Made by a program: the position numbers and the translations under genes. From IMG/VR virus record IMGVR_UViG_3300038441_001119, positions 148,353-212,352 of that record: 64,000 nt of DNA. The stretch is one strand, 5' to 3'. The notes beneath the pieces were generated by a model that saw only the letters and a program-made list of their open reading frames with translations, made no database searches and was not told where the DNA came from. Positions 54,100 through 61,218 of the stretch are shown piece by piece. Each line of letters opens with the position of its first letter. Position 1 is the first letter of the stretch.

Positions 54100-56367
54100 T
54101 TAAAGTGGTGCTGATCCCTCAATGTCGCTATTCCGCTTGATTAGTTCAAGCAAAATATCACCGAAAGATTTAAATTGTGAAACGAGGTTGTTCTCGATGT
54201 TCGTCATGTCATCCGAACCGTAGAGCTTCTCGAAGTCCGAAGGTTTCCAGTAGAACAAGAAGATAAGCCGCCCGAAATGGTCCAGCCCTTCCTCAAGCTT
54301 TGGAATGTACTTGGCGATCATCGAGGCACTGTCGTACGTCGAAATGAGTAGACCAGTGACACCCGGATCAATCAGATTGGCGACCCCACCTTGTTGTGCC
54401 ATCTGTGCAAGCTCTTCAGGAGACGATCCCAGAAGCATGTCGTCGGTGAATCCAGCCTTCTTACCATCCTTGGACACAAACCGTGACTCAGGTCCTTGAT
54501 CCTTTGGATTTGGATCATAGAAGTCACCAAGACGGCGGTTAGGTGGAACAGGTTGATCAGTTTCCGACTGCAGGGCGAACTGCTGTGGATTCTCCATAGG
54601 AACATTCAGATCCTGATCGTAATCAGTCTGCCATTCAGGAGTATTCACAATACGGATGTTCGTTGCACGCTTGACCAGTTCAACACGATCAACGAGGAAC
54701 TCAACAGAACCTTTCTCGCTGAGAAGGTCCATCATTGCGGTCACTTCTGCACCGGGAATGAGGAAAGAGTGGGCCACTTTGACAGCAGCGGTTTCCACAT
54801 CGTCCACTTCATCCCAATCCTTGTCGTTGAGCTTGATCTTAACGGCTTTGTTACCGGTTTCGTCCTTACCTTTCAGGGATACCTTGTCGATACCCTGATC
54901 GTAGAAGAACTGCCACAGTTGCTCTTGACCGCCCAGCTTATGCGGGCATTCCTTGGCATCATGTCGCTCACTGTCGTACTTACATACTTCAGTAGCCACA
55001 GGAAGGAACTTCACATCACCATTGAATACATTGGACTCACTCTTGCTGAGATAGCGGTCGTAGGAGATCACCGGAGAGTTCTCATTGCGGTAAGCAACGG
55101 CTCCATTGGTAAGATTGATCACAAGAACCCCATCAGAACGCTTCTTGGTGGATGCGACATGGAAGGGAGCTGATACAGAACCATTGCGGGTGTTGACCGC
55201 GACGTTACCACCATTGGAAGGTTTGTCTTTCAGTTCCTCATCGAACGCCCACTGTTGCTTCTTGTCCTCAAGCGGAGAGCCAAGGATACGGGTGACATAG
55301 TCTTTGTAGTAGTTACCATCCTTGAAGATGACAACTTTGGAGAGACCTTGCGAAGACTGGGTGTAGCCAGAACGTGGTGCACAGTCCAGAGAGCAGCAAC
55401 CATCACGTTCCATCTGGAATCCAACAAAGGCTTTTCGTTCCTTACCATCAGAGCAGATCACATTGTAGAAGCCCGGCTCAGACACTTCTGCAGCACAGTC
55501 TTCCACATTGGCGATCACTGGTTTGAGGTCCAGCTCCTTACGTGCATCAACAAGCATCCATCCACGCTTATAACCAAGATGTTTGTCTTCGCTGGAAGCA
55601 TCTTTAATCAGTTCAAACTCACCTGTGTAGAGAGTGAGGTCTGCATCAGGGAGAATGGTTTCGGAAGCCTTCTTGATCGTGTAAGCCTCTTCTGCGGTAG
55701 GAGTAGGTGCCCATACTTCTTCGTCAAGGGACACAACAGCCTCTGCGAATGGGAAACTGATTTCAATGGCATGAGCAAGCTTCTCCATGGCGTCGTCTTC
55801 ATACAGAAGGAAGTCGCGAAGCATTGGTGCTGGAGCAGCTGACTTGGTGCCAGATGCATTCTTCTCCATCTCAGAGAAGACATCTTCCCAAGCAACCTTG
55901 ATGTCCTCCGCCGCACTCTTGTTCATCCAAGGATTGGCAAGTCGCTCAAGGCGCATACCGGGGCGCATCTTGGAGGTCATATCTTCCGATTGACCCTGAC
56001 CTGCAACCTCCGTCGAATAACGGGAAACAAGGTGTTGCGTCCACTCTGCGGTAAGCGGTTTGAAGAGCTTCTTGTTATGCTCGTACAGAAGCTCGGTACC
56101 CTTGACGTCTCCAGTGATGAAGAAGCAGGGAACAGAGAAAAGATTCTTTGCAATACGGAAGGCGAAGATACCTGCCATCTTCGTATTGTCATCATTCGAG
56201 TAAACCACTTCGAATCCCAGACGGTGCGGATCATCCAGAAGAGGACCTGCCTTTTGGGAGATGTAGTTGTAAGCGAGGTCCATGAAAGCACGCTCGACGT
56301 CCTCGGCATATCCGCCTGCGGCCATCTGTGCTGCTGCTTTCTTCCAGTCGTAGTCAAGGATGCTCAT
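54100..56367 (-). CDS. large K-x-A-rich head-associated protein (755 aa)
   Basis: Nine K-x-A motifs (MNKSAA, MEKNAS, MEKLAH, LIKDAS, LVKRAT and others); no portal signature recognised. Confidence 0.55.
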   Translation of the reverse strand: MSILDYDWKKAAAQMAAGGYAEDVERAFMDLAYNYISQKAGPLLDDPHRLGFEVVYSNDDNTKMAGIFAFRIAKNLFSVPCFFITGDVKGTELLYEHNKKLFKPLTAEWTQHLVSRYSTEVAGQGQSEDMTSKMRPGMRLERLANPWMNKSAAEDIKVAWEDVFSEMEKNASGTKSAAPAPMLRDFLLYEDDAMEKLAHAIEISFPFAEAVVSLDEEVWAPTPTAEEAYTIKKASETILPDADLTLYTGEFELIKDASSEDKHLGYKRGWMLVDARKELDLKPVIANVEDCAAEVSEPGFYNVICSDGKERKAFVGFQMERDGCCSLDCAPRSGYTQSSQGLSKVVIFKDGNYYKDYVTRILGSPLEDKKQQWAFDEELKDKPSNGGNVAVNTRNGSVSAPFHVASTKKRSDGVLVINLTNGAVAYRNENSPVISYDRYLSKSESNVFNGDVKFLPVATEVCKYDSERHDAKECPHKLGGQEQLWQFFYDQGIDKVSLKGKDETGNKAVKIKLNDKDWDEVDDVETAAVKVAHSFLIPGAEVTAMMDLLSEKGSVEFLVDRVELVKRATNIRIVNTPEWQTDYDQDLNVPMENPQQFALQSETDQPVPPNRRLGDFYDPNPKDQGPESRFVSKDGKKAGFTDDMLLGSSPEELAQMAQQGGVANLIDPGVTGLLISTYDSASMIAKYIPKLEEGLDHFGRLIFLFYWKPSDFEKLYGSDDMTNIENNLVSQFKSFGDILLELIKRNSDIEGSAPL

Positions 56368-56624
56368 ATACGATAAATAGCCTTAGATAGTGATTGCTCG
56401 ATACATTGTACGACAAGAGCTTCTGTTTTTAAAGAAGAAAGCTTGTCCTTGCTGATACGTACCACAGTTCTACGCTGTGTAGTCTCGTTCCTGACTCCAA
56501 TCTCGTAATCAGTATCATTCTCAACCAGAGTCCAGAACTGGTAGTACATAAACTCATTCCGCAGTAGGGAACGAATGTACTTCTCTAAAATCTCCAGCCT
56601 AGTGTCGTAATTGTTCGCGTCCAT
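56364..56624 (-). CDS. hypothetical protein (86 aa)
   Basis: ATGA-coupled to the 755 aa gene. Confidence 0.55.
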   Translation of the reverse strand: MDANNYDTRLEILEKYIRSLLRNEFMYYQFWTLVENDTDYEIGVRNETTQRRTVVRISKDKLSSLKTEALVVQCIEQSLSKAIYRI

Positions 56625-56639
56625 AATGATGACAACGCA

Positions 56640-57800
56640 TCAGTAGGAAGCAGTCCCGTCAGGTCGGAAATACATGGCTCCAACGCGTTGTTGAGGAGTA
56701 GTAGCTCCAAAACGATATGGTGTCGAGGTGTTATTTGCGCCTTGCCCGAATTGGCTGCGCATTTGCTGATACTGACTCCAACCTTGGTTAGCTGCGTACT
56801 GCGGTGCAATCAACGCACCTGCACGCTCAATGAATCCAAGATTGTTGAACTTGTTCTGCATTCCTTCCAGAGCAAGGTCGTTACCAGCCATTTGACCACC
56901 CATATAAGCAGCATCACGGCTACCGCCATAGCCAGCCATCACACCCATACCTGCAAACGCCGCAGGGACACCCCAACTATTCACATTATGGATCTGCCTG
57001 CGTACTCCAGTGGGGAGAGCTTTGTACTTGTTGCCAACAGCCTTGAAAGCACCAGCAACAGGTTTAAATATCGAACCACTCTTGATCCGACCATAAGCAC
57101 GGTCTCGGAAGAACTCTGGAGAGAACTGCCCATCCATGAACTGTCGGGCAGTTGAAGGGTTGCTTGCCTGCGAACCATAACCATAACGACTCAGACCATT
57201 GATTCCACCATTGTAGAGGAAGTTGTATCGGTCTTTCATCCCAGACTGCGAATAGGCGCCGAGAACATTGCTTACAGCAGTGTCTGCTCCTTGCAAAGCA
57301 CCTCTGCGTACGTCTCCTTCCGCTCTACCTGAAAGACCATAACCAATTTGACCAATACGGCTGTACGGGTCAACATTGACGTCTTCACCAGTAAGACCCT
57401 TAATCGCCAGAGGAAGCCCTGTGTAGGTCGCAACAGCACCTGTGATACCTCCTGCTGCCCTAGGGTCAAACAAGAGGGTTCTAGGGGCATTGTAGAGCGT
57501 TCCAGTGACAGCACCTGCAGCCCTGAGACCACCGCGTGCCAAAGGATTCTGGAAACTGTTTACATAGTTGTTCCAATTCTGATTGTAACCACGGAACTTC
57601 TGTCCTGCAGCTACAGCATCACCTTTGGCTGCATTGAACTTGTTCGCATAGGTGGAACCCGGAACATGTGTAGTTCCCATAGCGGGTTTCCAGCTCTTTG
57701 CATTGGCATGAGCAAACTCTCGCTCACCACGGGCAAGGGTTTGCATACCCCTACCATGGAAAGCATTGATGAATCTGGAGAAACCACCGGGGGCTGGCAT
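56640..57800 (-). CDS. Gly/Ala-rich probable ejection protein (386 aa)
   Basis: G/A/N/Q/Y-rich with hydrophobic GxxxG segments; lies in the cargo-gene run. Confidence 0.55.
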   Translation of the reverse strand: MPAPGGFSRFINAFHGRGMQTLARGEREFAHANAKSWKPAMGTTHVPGSTYANKFNAAKGDAVAAGQKFRGYNQNWNNYVNSFQNPLARGGLRAAGAVTGTLYNAPRTLLFDPRAAGGITGAVATYTGLPLAIKGLTGEDVNVDPYSRIGQIGYGLSGRAEGDVRRGALQGADTAVSNVLGAYSQSGMKDRYNFLYNGGINGLSRYGYGSQASNPSTARQFMDGQFSPEFFRDRAYGRIKSGSIFKPVAGAFKAVGNKYKALPTGVRRQIHNVNSWGVPAAFAGMGVMAGYGGSRDAAYMGGQMAGNDLALEGMQNKFNNLGFIERAGALIAPQYAANQGWSQYQQMRSQFGQGANNTSTPYRFGATTPQQRVGAMYFRPDGTASY

Positions 57801-57803
57801 ATA

Positions 57804-59411
57804 TTAAACGAATGGAAGACCTGCGTAGCGACCAACGATACCGTGGCGACCTTGTTGACGGATGCTAGGGTCTTGGAGACCTTGACCCATTATGCCTCGA
57901 AGCTGCGAAGGATCAAACTCATAGTTACCCATCAGACGTCCAATGAAACCGGTGTTCTGTGCTTGATTCTGCGCAAGACCATAGCCTTGTCCAAGACCTT
58001 GGTCCAGACCAGTCGCATAACCGGCTTGGTTGCCTTTCTCATACCCAGTTCCACGACCAAGTGCCCACAGACCTGCTCCACCTGCTCCAATAGCAGTGTT
58101 CTTCATCCATGGAGTCTGGTTGAAGGTACGTCCAGCTCTGCGAAGACCTGCGTAACCTTTACCAATCATGGAAGTGGGACGAAGACCTCTGGAACCAGCT
58201 CCAAGGAGACCAGCGACATTGGCGGATTTAATGAAAGAGGACTTGGTCATCGGATTGTTCTTTAACTCTGCAACTCTAGCACGGATGTCGTCAGGAGACA
58301 ATTGGCGAATTGCGGAAATGACGGGATCGGTAAGGTTGTTCTTCAGACCAGAGTTTCCAATGGAGTCTTCAGCGAATCTGAGACCACGTGCAGTGTTCTC
58401 TCTAAGCGCAATGTCCTGCAGCTTGGCTTTGTCGCGATTCATATACGGACCGAGGCTCTCGAATGCTGGCATCTTTATATCCTTGAGGAAATCAGCATTC
58501 AGATTACCCTGAGTCCGAAGGCGTTCGCTCAGAGAAGGTCCTTCTGACTTGCGAACAAGCATCTGTGCAATAGGCGACATCTGCGAAACCTTATCGGTCA
58601 TCGCCGTATGTGCGCCTGTTGTAGCCTTGTTCAGCTTATCGGAGATGTCGTTCTTAGCGTCATTGCTTCTGCGATACGCAAAGCCACCACCAAGACCAGC
58701 ACCCAATGCACCTCCTCCAAGAGCACCCATAAGGAGCATCTTGAGACGCTTGCCTTTGTACTTCTCGTCAGTGAGGGAAGTGAGACCACCACCAATAGCT
58801 CCAAGACCTGCACCTGCAATACCACCAGCAAGACCTCCTTTGAAAGCCATGTCAGCTGGGTTGAAAGGATGCACGTTTACGTCAGCTTGTTTTTTCATAG
58901 CGTCATGTTGATTGTTACGATATGCGTTAATGGCGCTGGAACCGATCCCGCCAGCAAACATACCACCAAGACCGGATAGCTCACCGACACTACGGCTCAT
59001 GGCTTTCATCATCAATGCCTGTCTTCGCTTACCTAAACGGCCCCTGCCCATTTGCATCCATCCTTGTGGATTCTTTTGAATAGTTCGGTGCACAACGGAT
59101 GGTCCGAGGTATTTACCAAGGAGTTTACCAATAGCATGACCACCACCTACGCCAAGGCCAGCAATCATCCCGTTACCAACAGGAGACTTGTTCTCATCAG
59201 AGCGTAGCTGGTTGATCCCTTCCATAGCCCCACCTGCTCCAGCGCCCCATAGAGCACTGTTACCAACTTGAATACTAGGATCACCGACAAGATCCTTCAG
59301 ACCCTTGAACGGGTTGCGGAGTGGTGTCTTTGGTTTAGTAGCAGCGCGAGAAGCGAAGTCCTCTATACGAGCCAGTGTACCTGCTGATTTAATCAACTTA
59401 GAAGTTTTCAT
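57804..59411 (-). CDS. modular glycine-zipper internal-head polyprotein (535 aa)
   Basis: Three Gly-zipper modules opened by MKTSKLIKSAG, MKKQAD and MTKSSFIKSAN. Confidence 0.6.
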   Translation of the reverse strand: MKTSKLIKSAGTLARIEDFASRAATKPKTPLRNPFKGLKDLVGDPSIQVGNSALWGAGAGGAMEGINQLRSDENKSPVGNGMIAGLGVGGGHAIGKLLGKYLGPSVVHRTIQKNPQGWMQMGRGRLGKRRQALMMKAMSRSVGELSGLGGMFAGGIGSSAINAYRNNQHDAMKKQADVNVHPFNPADMAFKGGLAGGIAGAGLGAIGGGLTSLTDEKYKGKRLKMLLMGALGGGALGAGLGGGFAYRRSNDAKNDISDKLNKATTGAHTAMTDKVSQMSPIAQMLVRKSEGPSLSERLRTQGNLNADFLKDIKMPAFESLGPYMNRDKAKLQDIALRENTARGLRFAEDSIGNSGLKNNLTDPVISAIRQLSPDDIRARVAELKNNPMTKSSFIKSANVAGLLGAGSRGLRPTSMIGKGYAGLRRAGRTFNQTPWMKNTAIGAGGAGLWALGRGTGYEKGNQAGYATGLDQGLGQGYGLAQNQAQNTGFIGRLMGNYEFDPSQLRGIMGQGLQDPSIRQQGRHGIVGRYAGLPFV

Positions 59412-60163
59412 TGTTTGTCAAAGCCACCCATGCGCTCTTTGATGGAGTGAAGTAGTTGTGGAGCAGCCATACTCAGAGCATAAGTAGGAATACCAACAAA
59501 GGAACGAAGGGAAGAGGTACGATTGTGACCGTGATTGCGCATCATACGGTAACCTCTGCGTGAAGCATCAAGTTCTGAGAGCATGGTAACTCCCAGACCT
59601 GCGGTACCAATATTAGCTCCATTTTGGCTACCTTCATTGGTAGCAGCAAAGCCAGTTATACCTGCACCAAGACCGCCGACATATTTACCAATGGCATTCG
59701 CCCATCCAAGAGCTTTACCTCCATGAGCGTGTCCCATTTCATGCGCAAGGACAGCAGGATCGGCGTGTCTACCAAATGGTTTCTTTGGTCCCATAAACAT
59801 GGACATGAACGGGTCATCGCTACCGTAGTAGCCACTATGGCCTTTGGTGTAAGGCATATTTACAGAGCCGTCACCGGGATTGTAATGAGGCGGCTTACTG
59901 CCAAAGTTAACAGGTGTCCCCTCTTTCTTTGCCCGTCCTACCAGACTATCAAACGTAGACTGCGCCTGCGCCCCTCTATCGACGTCCTTGATGATATGCC
60001 GTCCGTAGATGTGATTGGGTATACTGATCAACTTCTCAGCTATAGGAGTACCCGCAAGTCCCCAACGCCAATCCAATCCTTCATTGTCCCCACGCAGAAG
60101 ATCACCTACAAAACCACCACGTGGGGCTTCATTTGCTCTCTTGATGAACTCAGATTTTGTCAT
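59408..60163 (-). CDS. HEXXH zinc metallopeptidase (YugP/Zn_peptidase_2-like) with CTS-like leader
   Basis: AVLAHEMGHA, hydrophobic segments, ELDASRRG third-ligand motif; N-terminus MTKSEFIKRAN. Confidence 0.7.
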   Translation of the reverse strand: MTKSEFIKRANEAPRGGFVGDLLRGDNEGLDWRWGLAGTPIAEKLISIPNHIYGRHIIKDVDRGAQAQSTFDSLVGRAKKEGTPVNFGSKPPHYNPGDGSVNMPYTKGHSGYYGSDDPFMSMFMGPKKPFGRHADPAVLAHEMGHAHGGKALGWANAIGKYVGGLGAGITGFAATNEGSQNGANIGTAGLGVTMLSELDASRRGYRMMRNHGHNRTSSLRSFVGIPTYALSMAAPQLLHSIKERMGGFDKQ

Positions 60164-60167
60164 AGCT

Positions 60168-60214
60168 AAAAAATAACGCCCCAGTGGTGACCCACCAAAG
60201 TCACACCGGGGCGT
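60168..60214 (-). terminator. intrinsic terminator-like hairpin
   Basis: Long stem ACGCCCCGGTGTGAC...GTCACCACTGGGGCGT followed by TATTTTTT. Confidence 0.7.
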
Positions 60215-60245
60215 CAGTTATACACCACCTACCAACGCCCTGAAA

Positions 60246-60584
60246 TTAGCTCAGGACAAGGAAAGTAACTTTTGTAGCAGCAGTGGCGTTCGCGTTACCG
60301 GTAATGGTAAAGGAGCCATCAGCAGGAACCACGGATTTGAGATACAGGAGAGTACCATCGGTGGAGTTCAGAGTAGCTAGAATACGGGAACTGGAGGTAA
60401 CAAGGCTATTGGTCACGACCACAGAGGCAGCGCCGATAGCGATTTGAACCTGACCAGAGTATTCGTTGATTGTTTGGGCACCAGTCGTATCCGCATTGGT
60501 ACCAGTGTAGAGACGTTCGTTGATCAGATTGGCAAGAGCCGTGATGATCCGAGACTTAGTGCGAGGAAGGACAGGAAATGCCAT
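60246..60584 (-). CDS. small beta-rich virion protein (decoration/fibre-like, 112 aa)
   Basis: SVVVTNSLVTSSSRILAT...GSFTITG beta pattern; bracketed by its own promoter and terminator. Confidence 0.55.
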   Translation of the reverse strand: MAFPVLPRTKSRIITALANLINERLYTGTNADTTGAQTINEYSGQVQIAIGAASVVVTNSLVTSSSRILATLNSTDGTLLYLKSVVPADGSFTITGNANATAATKVTFLVLS

Positions 60585-60592
60585 ATCACAAA

Positions 60593-60621
60593 ATTATACA
60601 GAAGGATCTGCAATTTGTCCA
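60593..60621 (-). promoter_or_regulatory. sigma70-like promoter, near-leaderless
   Basis: TGGACA-N17-TATAAT, 8 nt before the ATG. Confidence 0.7.
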
Positions 60622-61218
60622 TTAAAGTCGCATATCCCTTTCAATGCGGCGGTAATTGGGACCGTAGGCAGGGGCTTTCTCTTTTGGTTTCCCTATGACT
60701 CCACCTCTGCTGTTATGGGAGACAACGCGGAACTCACCGTCTTCCCAGAGAACCCATGGAAGTCCACTATCACCTGCTCGGACTCCTTCACCGCTCTTAT
60801 GGAAATCACTGACATATTCGGAGCTGTTCCTGTTCTCAAGACGAGCGAGAATGAACTCACCATCTTGTGTAGCGATTGCAATAGGTTGTCTGTTCTTAGG
60901 AGAGAGTGCAATGTTCTTGCGAACCTTTACTGGGAAGTCAGGCTCCACAAAACACCAACTGGTATCATTACCGAGATCCTTCACAAGCATGATGGTGTGC
61001 TCAGTGACAGTACCATCGTTCTGCACAGTGTTCACAGTCTGCCCGACACTTGGGTGCAGATGAGTGGCAGTAACCATCTCATTGGAAGAGCGAACCCATC
61101 CCTTGAGGTGCGGGTACGCGTTGGAGCGGACAATGAAGTCCTTCTTGAGGTTCTTCCATTTGACCTTTGGTTCACGCAGGGAGTAGAACCAATTCAGTAG
61201 TTTCTTTTTAAGACTCAC
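60622..61218 (-). CDS. trypsin/chymotrypsin-fold serine protease (198 aa)
   Basis: Catalytic triad motifs MVTATH, GNDTSW, GDSGLP, plus VVSHNSRG. Confidence 0.7.
   Translation of the reverse strand: MSLKKKLLNWFYSLREPKVKWKNLKKDFIVRSNAYPHLKGWVRSSNEMVTATHLHPSVGQTVNTVQNDGTVTEHTIMLVKDLGNDTSWCFVEPDFPVKVRKNIALSPKNRQPIAIATQDGEFILARLENRNSSEYVSDFHKSGEGVRAGDSGLPWVLWEDGEFRVVSHNSRGGVIGKPKEKAPAYGPNYRRIERDMRL

Noticed and set aside
54027-54122. N-terminal part of track ORF 53820..54122
   Set aside because: Runs through a clear terminator hairpin and T8 tract.
54100-56367. 755-aa protein as the portal
   Set aside because: No portal-like features recognised, and many K-x-A motifs suggest a processed core protein; the portal is probably outside the window. 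An HHpred search would settle this.
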